From assembly GCA_965207885.1 (NCBI GenBank), contig OZ242311.1, forward strand, positions 5,440,001-5,504,000: DNA of 64,000 nucleotides. The letters run 5' to 3'. Under the pieces are notes generated by a model. That model was not told the DNA's origin and did no database searches. It saw only the letters and a program-made list of their open reading frames with translations. The position numbers and the translations under genes were made by a program. The DNA is from Candidatus Latescibacterota bacterium. Its GTDB lineage: Bacteria; Latescibacterota; UBA2968. This document shows positions 9,924 through 19,482 of the stretch, in pieces (the stretch's first letter is position 1; the number at the start of each line of letters is the position of its first letter).

Positions 9924-10166
9924 TTACAGCGCAACTTCCTCCACTGAAAGACCGCGGTCTTTGAGATACGGCAAAAGACCTTTTTTATTCACCGTTCGCA
10001 GTGCGCGGGCTGAGAGTTTGATACGCACAAAGCGACCGAGTTCTGGAACGTAAATGCGCTTGCTCTTCAAATTGGGTTTCTGCACCCGCTTGACTCTTCG
10101 TTTGGAGTGGGACACATGATGACCGCTCAGCGGTCCTATCCCCGTAATACTACAACGTCTGGCCAT
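9924..10166 (-). CDS. rpmB: 50S ribosomal protein L28 (Zn-ribbon-less form)
   Basis: MARRCSITG..PLSGHHVSHSKRRVKR..KPNL...VRIKLSARALRT. Confidence 0.95.
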   Translation of the reverse strand: MARRCSITGIGPLSGHHVSHSKRRVKRVQKPNLKSKRIYVPELGRFVRIKLSARALRTVNKKGLLPYLKDRGLSVEEVAL

Positions 10167-10188
10167 GGAAAAATCCCCTTGTCAATAT

Positions 10189-10353
10189 CTATCGCTCTTC
10201 CCGATAGAGCACGCGCTTCCGCAATATGGGATCGAACTTTTTTAATTCGAGACGATCGGGATGATTCTGTCGATTTTTTTCCGTATGATAATAGTGCGAA
10301 CTCTCTGTACTTTTCATTCTAATGAGCATGCGGCTACCCTGTCGCTTAGCCAT
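10189..10353 (-). CDS. rpmG: 50S ribosomal protein L33 (Cys-free form)
   Basis: MAKRQGSR..IRMKSTES.HYYHTEKNRQNHPDRLELKKFDP..RKRVLYRE; start at ATG 10353. Confidence 0.93.
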   Translation of the reverse strand: MAKRQGSRMLIRMKSTESSHYYHTEKNRQNHPDRLELKKFDPILRKRVLYREER

Positions 10354-10540
10354 AGCGTACCCCCAGTATCTTTTGTTATCAGACCGCCAACACGCGGCGG
10401 GCAAGAAGTTGAAATATACAGTGTTACCTCTATAACATCAAGAATTTTGTATTACACAGTCAAAATCCAGTTGGCAAAAACAAATCCCATTCCCTATCAT
10501 ACAGTTTTGCGTTCACCAACACCGATCAAAGGAGAGAACA

Positions 10541-10891
10541 ATGGCCGAAGAAACGATCTTTAGCAAAATTATTAGACGCGAAATCAATGCAGATATCGTT
10601 TATCAAGACGACCTGGTAACCGCTTTTCGGGACATCAATCCCCAGGCCCCCACCCACGTATTGATCGTCCCTAACAAATTGATCCCGACGGTCAACGATG
10701 TCGCAAAAGAAGACGAACCCGCACTCGGGCGCATGATGACCGTAGCGGCAAAAATCGCGGCAGACGAGGGCATATCAGAAGACGGGTATCGCCTCATCAT
10801 CAATTGCAATCGCGACGGAGGCCAGGAAGTGTATCACATCCACATGCATCTGCTCGGCGGACGGCCTCTGGGCAGGATGTTGGCGAGATAG
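10541..10891 (+). CDS. hinT: HIT-family purine nucleoside phosphoramidase
   Basis: HIHMH triad; the N-terminus [15 protein letters not shown] matches my recollection of E. coli HinT; AGGAG RBS. Confidence 0.93.
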   Translation: MAEETIFSKIIRREINADIVYQDDLVTAFRDINPQAPTHVLIVPNKLIPTVNDVAKEDEPALGRMMTVAAKIAADEGISEDGYRLIINCNRDGGQEVYHIHMHLLGGRPLGRMLAR

Positions 10892-10895
10892 AAGG

Positions 10896-11171
10896 TCATT
10901 GATCAGAAGGCGGAGGAACCGGATCGTACCCACCTCTGGCAAACGGACGACAGCGCAAAATACGTCGTATCGCAAGAGACAGAGCATACGGGAAGGGATG
11001 CTGGCGAAAAGCTTCAAGCGCGTAGTGCGAACATGTGGGATGATAGCGGCAGGGACTGGGCGCAATGGCAAAAAAGCGCATCAGGGGCGACAGCACATAT
11101 TGATAGCCTTTAATGAGCACACACGCGATGATGGAAAACATTCTATCGACAATTTTTATAGGATTGACCAT
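10896..11171 (-). CDS. yidD: Membrane protein insertion efficiency factor YidD
   Basis: [21 protein letters not shown]...[17 protein letters not shown]. Confidence 0.93.
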   Translation of the reverse strand: MVNPIKIVDRMFSIIACVLIKGYQYVLSPLMRFFAIAPSPCRYHPTCSHYALEAFRQHPFPYALSLAIRRILRCRPFARGGYDPVPPPSDQ

Positions 11172-11191
11172 TTTGCATTTTGAGGTATATT
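11164..11191 (+). promoter_or_regulatory. Candidate sigma70 promoter for folE2
   Basis: TTGACC-N16-TATATT about 30 nt upstream of the ATG. Confidence 0.45.
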
Positions 11192-11223
11192 AGGCGGAAC
11201 TCGTCAGAACAACGGAGAACAGA

Positions 11224-12069
11224 ATGACTCTACCAGACATACAGAACTCACATGACAAACGCGGCATTGAAATTGACCAGGTTGGTGTATCCAATGTGCG
11301 CTATCCCTTGACCTTGCCGCTACGCGATAACGGCGAATTTCACACAGTGGCCAATCTATCCATGACCGTGAGCTTGCCCCACCATCAAAAGGGAACCCAC
11401 ATGTCGCGGTTTATGATTGCGCTGAATGAGCAACACAAACACTTTACACCTGATAGCGTACACATTGTACTCGAAGAAATGCTCGAATTATTGGAAGCCG
11501 AAGAAGCATTTCTCAGTATGGCATTTCCCATTTTTTTAACCCGCAAAGCACCTATCACGGGCATTGAAGGCATGCTGGACTACAACTGTGAATTTAAGGC
11601 AATGTTGACAAATGAAGGCCTGCAAGACAAGCTAATCGGCGTACGTGCCAACGTGGCAAGCCTCTGCCCCTGCAGCAAAGAAATCAGCGACTATGGCGCG
11701 CACAATCAACGTTCCGAAATCACAATGGATGTGCGGCCTTATGAGGATGAATTTATCTGGTTTGAAGATTTGATCGACATTGGCGAATACCATGCGTCGT
11801 GTCAACTCTATCCCATTCTAAAACGAACAGATGAAAAATACGTAACCGAGCGCGCATATAACAACCCCAAATTTGTCGAAGACATCGTGCGCGATGTGGC
11901 GACAGACCTGCTGGCAATGATGGACGAAGAGCGCATCGCGTGGTTTTACGTATCGAGCAACAATTACGAAAGCATCCACAACCACGATGCATTTGCCAAA
12001 ATTGAGCGCGGCGTGCGCGGTCCATTATTGACACACCGCAAAGAAGCGGAAAACGCGTTGATGGTCTAA
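11224..12069 (+). CDS. folE2: GTP cyclohydrolase IB
   Basis: LPDIQ, KGTHMSRF, SLCPCSKEISDYGAHNQRS, LKRTDEKYVTERAYNNPKFVED, ESIHNHDA. Confidence 0.95.
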   Translation: MTLPDIQNSHDKRGIEIDQVGVSNVRYPLTLPLRDNGEFHTVANLSMTVSLPHHQKGTHMSRFMIALNEQHKHFTPDSVHIVLEEMLELLEAEEAFLSMAFPIFLTRKAPITGIEGMLDYNCEFKAMLTNEGLQDKLIGVRANVASLCPCSKEISDYGAHNQRSEITMDVRPYEDEFIWFEDLIDIGEYHASCQLYPILKRTDEKYVTERAYNNPKFVEDIVRDVATDLLAMMDEERIAWFYVSSNNYESIHNHDAFAKIERGVRGPLLTHRKEAENALMV

Positions 12070-12104
12070 CAACATATAAATTATGCGCTTGCAAGGATAG
12101 TCAA

Positions 12105-13112
12105 ATGGCAGATGAGACAGGTGTCACATTTGTAGATGAATACCATCCAGACAATATCAAGCTGGCGCATCAGATCTCGTGGAATGCACCCGACGACGAT
12201 TTGCTCTTTCTCAAACAGATCGGCGTGCGCTGGGTGCAGGTACACTGGCGAACGCAAATCCCAGACGTGGATCAGATGAAAGACGTCCAGAAACGGCTGG
12301 CACAATACGACCTCCGAATCTGCAGCGCCGGACACAGTGCGTGTCGCTCTCTCAAAATCCAGTTGGGACAGCCGGAACGGGATAAAGATATCGAGACGTA
12401 CTGCACCTTTATCCGCGCACTTGCAACCCTCGGCATACCCCTGTGCCTTCACTCTTTTCATCCGGCCAACACCTATACCACCCACCATGTGGAACGTCGA
12501 GGATACACAGCGCGAGCATTTGACCTCGACATATTCAGGACACAAGTGGAAAAGAACCGGTTCGAGAGAACCTACACAACCGAGGAAATTTGGGATAATT
12601 ACACCTATTTCATCAAGGCAGTATTGCCTGTAGCAGAAGAACTAAACATCACCCTCGCGCTTCACCCCGACGATCCGCCAGTCGAAATGATGAACGGGGT
12701 GGGCAAATTGATCACGCACTATGAGGGGTACCGGCGGGCAGAGGAAATTACTGACAGAAGCGAGAACTGGGGGTTACTCTTCTGCGTGGGAACGTGGTCA
12801 GAAGGCGGAGACCAGATGGGCAAAGATGTATTTGAGATGATCCAGGATTTTGGAGACAGAGGCAAAATCGCCGCAGTGCATTTCCGAAATGTGAGTTCAT
12901 CAATGCCCTATTTTGAAGAAACCTTTCCAGACGACGGTTATATGGACATGGCGCAGGTGATGAAGGCCCTGCGCAGGGTCGGTTTCAACGGCCCCCTGAT
13001 GCCCGACCACATTCCCAAACTGATAAACGATGAAAACCGCCGGGCAGGACTGGCATACTGCATCTCCTACATGAGAGCCCTGCTGCGCCAGGCCAATGCG
13101 TCAGTGGGATAG
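12105..13112 (+). CDS. UxuA-like (mannonate dehydratase family) protein
   Basis: LALHPDDPP, CVGTWSE, VHFRNV, FEETFPDDG, MPDHIP. Confidence 0.82.
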   Translation: MADETGVTFVDEYHPDNIKLAHQISWNAPDDDLLFLKQIGVRWVQVHWRTQIPDVDQMKDVQKRLAQYDLRICSAGHSACRSLKIQLGQPERDKDIETYCTFIRALATLGIPLCLHSFHPANTYTTHHVERRGYTARAFDLDIFRTQVEKNRFERTYTTEEIWDNYTYFIKAVLPVAEELNITLALHPDDPPVEMMNGVGKLITHYEGYRRAEEITDRSENWGLLFCVGTWSEGGDQMGKDVFEMIQDFGDRGKIAAVHFRNVSSSMPYFEETFPDDGYMDMAQVMKALRRVGFNGPLMPDHIPKLINDENRRAGLAYCISYMRALLRQANASVG

Positions 13113-13118
13113 ATCCTC

Positions 13119-13538
13119 CTATGCCGCTGTGGCAAGCGCGAGTTCGTGAATGCGCTTGACCATAGAGGCAAAGCCATTGGCGCGGTTGATACTGAGATGC
13201 TTGGCGAGATCGAGCTTTTCAAAAATGCTGCGAATATCAGCCGTGAGAATTTCCCGAGCGGTCTTACCCGAATACAGCGACAACAAAATAGCGACCAGAC
13301 CCTTGACAATCTGCGCATCGCTATCTGCGCGAAATTCGATCACAGGGGGATCGCCATCTCGAACATCGGTTACGAGCCACACCTGGCTCACACATCCCCG
13401 CACCAAATTGTCATCAATTTTGTATTTCTCATCAAAAGGCGGTAACTTGCGACCGAGTTCAATAATATACCGGTAGCGATCTTCCCAATCCGTGAGAACA
13501 TCAAAATTTTGCATAATGCGATCAATCGTAATATCCAT
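13119..13538 (-). CDS. sufE: SufE cysteine desulfuration protein
   Basis: DWEDRYRYIIELG, VRGCVSQVW, ADSDAQIVKGL, HLSINRANG. Confidence 0.93.
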   Translation of the reverse strand: MDITIDRIMQNFDVLTDWEDRYRYIIELGRKLPPFDEKYKIDDNLVRGCVSQVWLVTDVRDGDPPVIEFRADSDAQIVKGLVAILLSLYSGKTAREILTADIRSIFEKLDLAKHLSINRANGFASMVKRIHELALATAA

Positions 13539-13547
13539 AAAAACCTC

Positions 13548-14519
13548 TCACCTCACCACCCGCGCAATATCGCGCGCAAAGTAGGTCAGAATCAGATCTG
13601 CGCCCGCGCGTTTAATACTCACCAGAACCTCGTCTCGCACCTGGTCTTCATCCAGCCAGCCATTTGCGAAAGCAGCTTTGAGCATCGCAAACTCGCCGCT
13701 GACATTGTACGCGGCAACCGGCACGCCAAACTCTGTTTTCACCCGGTAAATAATATCCAGATAGGGCAATGCGGGCTTGATCATAACGATATCCGCACCC
13801 TCTTCAATATCCAGAGCCACCTCTCGCATGGCCTCGTCGCCATTTGCCGGATCCATCTGATAGGAACGACGATCGCCAAATTGCGGCGCGGACTCTGCCG
13901 CTTCGCGGAATGGACCGTAAAAACCCGAACAGTACTTGGCCGAATATGCCATAATCGGTATATGGTCAAACCCCTGGGCATCCAGAGCAGAGCGAATAGC
14001 CCCAACCCGGCCATCCATCATATCGGAAGGCGCGACCACATCTGCGCCCGCGTGAACATGGGAAAGGGACTCCTCGACGAGAAGGTCAACCGTTTCATCA
14101 TTATGCACATCTTTATCCACAATCACACCGCAATGCCCGTGGTCCGTATATTCGCACAAACACACATCCGTAATCACATAGAGATCAGGCGTATGTTCTT
14201 TAATCGCAGATATCGCACGCTGAATAATACCATCATCGCAATAAGCCCCACTACCCCGCGCGTCTTTGTGATCGGGAATCCCAAAAAGAATCACCGCTGG
14301 AATGCCCAGATCGGCAATTTCTCTACACGCCTCAACCACGACATCTACCGACATCTGATGGTTGCCCGGCATAGACCCGATTTCTTTCTTCACACCTCTG
14401 CCCGGACACACAAACAGAGGCATAATCAAATCGTCAACGCGCACATGATTTTCGCGCACCATTCGGCGCGTCGTCTCACTCTGGCGCAAACGGCGCATGC
14501 GAGTAATTGGAAAAGTCAT
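13548..14519 (-). CDS. hemB: Porphobilinogen synthase (Zn-type)
   Basis: [48 protein letters not shown]. Confidence 0.97.
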   Translation of the reverse strand: MTFPITRMRRLRQSETTRRMVRENHVRVDDLIMPLFVCPGRGVKKEIGSMPGNHQMSVDVVVEACREIADLGIPAVILFGIPDHKDARGSGAYCDDGIIQRAISAIKEHTPDLYVITDVCLCEYTDHGHCGVIVDKDVHNDETVDLLVEESLSHVHAGADVVAPSDMMDGRVGAIRSALDAQGFDHIPIMAYSAKYCSGFYGPFREAAESAPQFGDRRSYQMDPANGDEAMREVALDIEEGADIVMIKPALPYLDIIYRVKTEFGVPVAAYNVSGEFAMLKAAFANGWLDEDQVRDEVLVSIKRAGADLILTYFARDIARVVR

Positions 14520-14541
14520 AAAAACCTTCTTCCGTCTTCTT

Positions 14542-16050
14542 CTACGCCAACTGCTTCACAGCTATCGTCCCTTCCGGCGCAGTGCGAACCTCATAGCCCG
14601 CATCGATGAGTTCCTGCCGCAGGCGATCGGCAGTATCGTAATCTCTGGATGCGCGGGCCTCATCAATCTGTTTGCAAATCGCCTCGCTGGTATCTGTATC
14701 ATCCGCTGATTCAGCCTTGACCAAGTCCGAAAGATCGGCAACCCCCAGCACACTATTGATCTTGTCAAACACATCCAGTGCTTCGGACGGGTCATCTACC
14801 TCTTGCCCCATCCAGTTATGCACAACCGCAAGTGCTGCACTAATATTGAGATCGCTGGACAGAGCACTGAGAAAATCAGCAACAACGGGATGATCGTTGC
14901 CGACCTCCGTCGCACCGCCGTTCGCCGCTTGAACCAGCCCCTGCCCAAACTCGTGAAATCTTCGCACGGCATTGGCCGAATCACGAACGCCCTTTTGCGT
15001 AAAATTGGTCTGCGTGCGATAATGCGTCTTAATCAGTTCGTAACGCAAAACCGAAGGATGAACGGGACGACCCGTTACCTTGCCCTCGAGCACATCCCGC
15101 ACCGTAAAAAAATTGCCTTTGCTCTTGGACATCTTCTCGCCTTCAACCATTAAATAGCGCGGGTGAATCCAGTACCTGGCAAAATGCGAATGCCCCGTCG
15201 CACAACACGATTGGGCAATCTCGCATTCGTGGTGTGGAAAAATATTATCCTCGCCCCCCGTGTGAATATCGATAACCTCTCGCCGCAGCATCTTCATCGC
15301 CATAGCCGAGCACTCGATATGCCAGCCCGGATACCCCTCACCCCAGGGAGAAGGCCATTTCATAATATGCGACGGATCGGGTTTCCACAAAAAGAAATCA
15401 GCGGGATTGCGCTTGATCGCCTGGTGTTCCTCAAGCACGCGCCCACCCGAACCCGCGACAAGTTGATCGAGATCGTTGCCCGACAGACGACCGTATTCGG
15501 GAAAAGATTCAACACTAAAATAAACCACACCATCATCGGCAACATAAGCATGGCTCTTGTCCAACAGCTTCTGAATCATCACCTGTATGGCATCGATATG
15601 TTCCGTGGGACGCGGCATATTGCGCGGATAGTCGTGCGCCACTTTAATCCCCAGCAAACGCGCATCTTCGACAAATGCATCCGTAAAATATTGCGCCACC
15701 TCAAACGGATCATCGGGATTGGAAATTGCATCATCGGGCAACTTGCCCAACTTCTTTTCTTCCTTGAGCTTGCGTGCAGCCACCGCGATTTTGTCCTCGC
15801 CAGTCGCATCGGCCACATCGTCGTCCGTCATATGCCCCACATCGGTAATATTCATCACATGGGTAACATTATAACCGGCCAATTCGAGAAAACGACGGAG
15901 CACATCGGAAAACAAAAAAGACTTAAAATTGCCGATATGGGCAAAATCGTACACCGTTGGACCACAGGAATACATCGCCACATTTGGAGGATCGAGCGGC
16001 TCAAAAACTTCTTCGCGATTCGTCAGCGTATTGTAAAATCGAATATCCAT
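14542..16050 (-). CDS. cysS: Cysteine-tRNA ligase
   Basis: [42 protein letters not shown]. Confidence 0.96.
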   Translation of the reverse strand: MDIRFYNTLTNREEVFEPLDPPNVAMYSCGPTVYDFAHIGNFKSFLFSDVLRRFLELAGYNVTHVMNITDVGHMTDDDVADATGEDKIAVAARKLKEEKKLGKLPDDAISNPDDPFEVAQYFTDAFVEDARLLGIKVAHDYPRNMPRPTEHIDAIQVMIQKLLDKSHAYVADDGVVYFSVESFPEYGRLSGNDLDQLVAGSGGRVLEEHQAIKRNPADFFLWKPDPSHIMKWPSPWGEGYPGWHIECSAMAMKMLRREVIDIHTGGEDNIFPHHECEIAQSCCATGHSHFARYWIHPRYLMVEGEKMSKSKGNFFTVRDVLEGKVTGRPVHPSVLRYELIKTHYRTQTNFTQKGVRDSANAVRRFHEFGQGLVQAANGGATEVGNDHPVVADFLSALSSDLNISAALAVVHNWMGQEVDDPSEALDVFDKINSVLGVADLSDLVKAESADDTDTSEAICKQIDEARASRDYDTADRLRQELIDAGYEVRTAPEGTIAVKQLA

Positions 16051-16084
16051 GTGAGTTCAAAAATAAAGCGGGACCATAATTTTG

Positions 16085-16831
16085 TCAATTCTGAGATCTT
16101 GTTCGACGCAAATTAATGAGATAAATCCCCGTAACCACGAGACCAATACTGACCCATTGATGCACCGTAAGCCCTATAAAAACCTCGGGCGTGAGACGCA
16201 CAAACTCGACAAAAAAGCGAGCAACAGCCATCAAAACGAGATAAAGACCAAAAATCATACCGGGTCTGAGACGATCGCGCAGAGCCAACAGAATCCCGAA
16301 AATACAAACCATCTGAATCATCTCGTAAATCGGCGTCGGATGCACAAAATCGAGCGTAGGCACAAGACCATTGGGATAAGCCATACCCCAGGGCAAATCC
16401 GTGGGAATCCCATAGCAGCCATCACCCGAAAGCTCACATCCTCCCCGCCCAAAAAAGTACCCCACCACAAGAGCCGGAGCAATCGCATCCACAGCGGGCC
16501 AATCGAGCGCATTATAGCGGCGAAGCCAAAGGAGCACAGTCGCAGCCCCGCCCAAAAACCCGCCATACCAGGCCCAACCCACCGAGGAAAAAATCGTCCC
16601 AAAAGGATCGGCCACAAAAGCGTGGGGATACTCAAAAACGTGAAAAATTTTACTGCCCACAATACCGCCAATCACAGCGGCAAACGCAATGCGATCTGAC
16701 AATGTGGGGTCAAGCCTCCGACGCCGAAACTCGCGCTTGAGCACCCACGACGCACAAATCAAACCGACCGCGAGCATCACGCCATAAACGCCGATGCGAA
16801 ACGGACCGTATTCAAAGAGAATTGGAGACAT
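16085..16831 (-). CDS. lgt: Prolipoprotein diacylglyceryl transferase
   Basis: YGVML, WYGGFLGG, GR.GC..GDGCYG.PTDLPWG, HPTPIYE, RFFVEFVR. Confidence 0.92.
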   Translation of the reverse strand: MSPILFEYGPFRIGVYGVMLAVGLICASWVLKREFRRRRLDPTLSDRIAFAAVIGGIVGSKIFHVFEYPHAFVADPFGTIFSSVGWAWYGGFLGGAATVLLWLRRYNALDWPAVDAIAPALVVGYFFGRGGCELSGDGCYGIPTDLPWGMAYPNGLVPTLDFVHPTPIYEMIQMVCIFGILLALRDRLRPGMIFGLYLVLMAVARFFVEFVRLTPEVFIGLTVHQWVSIGLVVTGIYLINLRRTRSQN

Positions 16832-16839
16832 CGTATTTA

Positions 16840-17961
16840 TCAGACCGCCTTTTTCTCGAGCAAAAACAAAAACTCCTGGTTCGGTTCCTCAGCATCCCTC
16901 AACCATTCATTCGTCCACTTCATCCCCGCCATCACATTCTTCTTGTAATTGAGCGCAACCACATCTACTATCTCGCCATTGCGCCGCATCACATCGTTCA
17001 ACGCCCTGGCAGTCGCCCGCCCGCCAGAACTGTACGACAGAATAATCCACCGCGCGCGCGTCGCCGCAATCAGATTCTCAATCGCCTCAACCGCGATAAA
17101 GCGCCCCTCATCATTCCGCCGAAACGCCTCAAAAACCGACGCCGCTACCGTATCCGACGTATCCCTGCGGCGATTGGCCTTCCCAAAAAGAGCCGGTTTA
17201 TCGGCGCAAATCACACTCGTCCACACATGGTAATACGAAGCATATCGCACCCGCGACGGCGGCATCTTCTCGTTATTCGATCCATAAGGCGGATCGAAAT
17301 ACGCCAGATCAACAGATATATCGGGAACGAGATCAAAAATATCCCTTTGAAATACCTGATGCTCCCCAGATGAACAAAAAATATTCGGCACCTTCAGCAC
17401 AAGTTCCTTATAAGAGCGAGGCGCCCAATCCTTCAGATAAGAAACAAAATGCCCCAAACTGCTATCCACGCGATCCAGCGCCAAAATCAGACTCGTAAGC
17501 GCCACAGCCCCATCAACCGGATCGAGCTTCAGCGCGTCGATCTCCTCTCGAATCGCATCTAACTTACGGGTATTGTGTACCTGCCACGGCTTCTTGCGCC
17601 CATCCCGCTGTATCGCACATCCGTTATTGACATAGCCCCCATAGTGCTCCGTGAACCACCCATCCACAGGCGGAAGCGCATTGAGGTGATCGATAAGCGG
17701 TTGATAATCCTCTCGCCTCTTCTTATTCAGCAAATAGCACGTCCCAAAAACCTTCGACCACACCGCAACATCATTGCAAACAACCGTATAACCCAGCCTC
17801 GCGAGCGCCTGTGACACCCTCGTCGTACCCGAAAACCCATCCAAAACCGTCCTTGCATCAACTTTTTTCACCAATTGCAGAATACGCGGAAGAAGTTTCA
17901 ACTTAGACCCCGCGTATTTGATTCCTTCCGTGGGAGGCGCATCGCAAATGACTCGCATCAT
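16840..17961 (-). CDS. D12-class N6-adenine DNA methyltransferase (orphan)
   Basis: YAGSKLKL, motif I DGFSGT, motif IV YFDPPY; no restriction endonuclease adjacent. Confidence 0.88.
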   Translation of the reverse strand: MMRVICDAPPTEGIKYAGSKLKLLPRILQLVKKVDARTVLDGFSGTTRVSQALARLGYTVVCNDVAVWSKVFGTCYLLNKKRREDYQPLIDHLNALPPVDGWFTEHYGGYVNNGCAIQRDGRKKPWQVHNTRKLDAIREEIDALKLDPVDGAVALTSLILALDRVDSSLGHFVSYLKDWAPRSYKELVLKVPNIFCSSGEHQVFQRDIFDLVPDISVDLAYFDPPYGSNNEKMPPSRVRYASYYHVWTSVICADKPALFGKANRRRDTSDTVAASVFEAFRRNDEGRFIAVEAIENLIAATRARWIILSYSSGGRATARALNDVMRRNGEIVDVVALNYKKNVMAGMKWTNEWLRDAEEPNQEFLFLLEKKAV

Positions 17962-17979
17962 GCTTTATCCCCACAAAAT

Positions 17980-18573
17980 TCACCTGGACAACTGACGAAC
18001 CACAGTCGCGATTTCTTCGGCGGTATGGGACGGGCGAAAAAAGAAGCGCAAATCGCCGTTCTGGTCAATGAGATAGGTATAGAGGGAATGGTCGATAAGA
18101 TACCCCGCCGCAGAACCCTGCTCACCAATCTCATAATGAGCGGCATAGCGTTTGACCACCGCATCAATACTATCCTGAACCCCTGTAAGACCAATGGCCG
18201 GCACGTCAAAATGCGACAAATAAGACTTGAGCATTTGCGGGGAATCGCGCCCGGGATCAACACTCACAAAAAGCGTCCTGAGATCGCGTGCATCCTCACC
18301 TAAAATCGTATAAGCACTGGCAAGACGCGCCATAGTTTGGGGACATGCATCGGGACAACTCGCATAGCCAAAAAAGAGGAGGAACGGACGCTGATGATCT
18401 GCCAAATGGAATAAATTGCCATCGTGGTCAACAAGCGTCAAATCGCCGCCAAAAGGAAAGGAATCGACAGAAAGGGTGAGATCGGGATCGGACTGCGGCG
18501 CGCGCTCAAGCGGTTTACAGGCCATAAATAGCAACAGCAAAGTAGCTAAACCTGTACTGCGGATCGTATTCAT
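17980..18573 (-). CDS. SCO1/SenC copper chaperone lipoprotein
   Basis: Lipobox LFMAC; FFGYASCPDACP (CxxxC), VSVDP.RD, IDHS. Confidence 0.93.
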   Translation of the reverse strand: MNTIRSTGLATLLLLFMACKPLERAPQSDPDLTLSVDSFPFGGDLTLVDHDGNLFHLADHQRPFLLFFGYASCPDACPQTMARLASAYTILGEDARDLRTLFVSVDPGRDSPQMLKSYLSHFDVPAIGLTGVQDSIDAVVKRYAAHYEIGEQGSAAGYLIDHSLYTYLIDQNGDLRFFFRPSHTAEEIATVVRQLSR

Positions 18574-19025
18574 CTGCGCCCTTCATTCCGAAACGAAACA
18601 ACAGGTGCCCGAAGCGTCTGTACCTGACCATTTGCAAAAGTGAGCGTAAGCGCAAGAGAATCGCCTGGAGCCAAATCGCGCCTGAGACCAATGAGCATGA
18701 GATGGTTACCCCCCGGTTGCAAAGTCGCTGAACCATCTTCTGGAATCGGCAAACGGTCAATTTTTTTCATACGCATAATATTGCCATCCGTCGTCACAAC
18801 GTGAATCTCGGCAACCTCAGCCGCAGGCGTAGAAGCAGAAACGAGCGCAGTCGCCATCCCCTCATTGTGAATAGCCAAATAAGCCGCAGTCATAGACTGT
18901 GGCGGAATATTCTGCCGCACCCATGCGTTTTTAATGGACACAGAAGAAATATCCCGATCACTGCATCCCATCCCCAGCAGAATGAGGGTCAGAAAAAATA
19001 TCCCACTTTTTATACACACTCTCAT
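18570..19025 (-). CDS. Copper chaperone PCu(A)C lipoprotein
   Basis: Lipobox GMGC; AWVR, TAAYL, EIH...MRM, LQPGGNHLML. Confidence 0.92.
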   Translation of the reverse strand: MRVCIKSGIFFLTLILLGMGCSDRDISSVSIKNAWVRQNIPPQSMTAAYLAIHNEGMATALVSASTPAAEVAEIHVVTTDGNIMRMKKIDRLPIPEDGSATLQPGGNHLMLIGLRRDLAPGDSLALTLTFANGQVQTLRAPVVSFRNEGRR

Positions 19026-19408
19026 TTCTGTAGCGAAACAATAAAAATGGAAATAATCCTGCGTTCTTCCTCCGGGATTTGGGGATAGCCGGGCATACCC
19101 ATACCCCGTTCATTGAGCGCACCTTTGAGGATCGTACGCGAAACAGCCTCAACCGAACGCCCGTATTTATAAACCTTTGGATCGTGAAAATCGCGGGGCC
19201 TTGGATTCAGAGTACGCGCGATCTGACCATTACCATGGCCATTGCGACCATGGCAAACCGCGCACCCGTATTTTGTGTAAAGGGCCTTCCCCTTTTCAAT
19301 ATCTGCCGCGGCAAACTGCGGGCGCTGAGGGGGTTCGGCTTTCTGTTCTGGCGAATTCTGGCAAGCCATCAAAATGACGCAGACAGTTGCGAGAAAGAGG
19401 CGAAACAT
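19022..19408 (-). CDS. Monoheme cytochrome c lipoprotein
   Basis: Lipobox LMAC; CAVCH, GNG...PRPRDF, distal MP; start at ATG 19408 after a GGAG RBS. Confidence 0.9.
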   Translation of the reverse strand: MFRLFLATVCVILMACQNSPEQKAEPPQRPQFAAADIEKGKALYTKYGCAVCHGRNGHGNGQIARTLNPRPRDFHDPKVYKYGRSVEAVSRTILKGALNERGMGMPGYPQIPEEERRIISIFIVSLQK

Positions 19409-19452
19409 AATGTCTCCCGATATAGTTGGCATGAATATACCCAAAATGCAGA
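19323..19452. repeat. 130-bp direct repeat, copy 1 (leader and signal peptide of the cytochrome c gene)
   Basis: Aligns ungapped to 20528-20657 with 19 mismatches by manual count (about 85% identity). Confidence 0.92.
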
Positions 19453-19482
19453 CAAAAGCCCCCGCAAGAGAGACGGACTCTT

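Noticed and set aside
10422-10437. Definite Zur box
   Set aside because: The spacer is 6 nt rather than 5 and the flanks do not match; kept only as a weak candidate within the zinc finding.
13509-16116. Long + strand ORFs (366 aa, 317 aa) opposite hemB and cysS
   Set aside because: Antisense shadows of well-supported genes, with no motifs.
16840-17961. Complete restriction-modification system
   Set aside because: Both neighbours (sco, lgt) are clearly non-nuclease genes.
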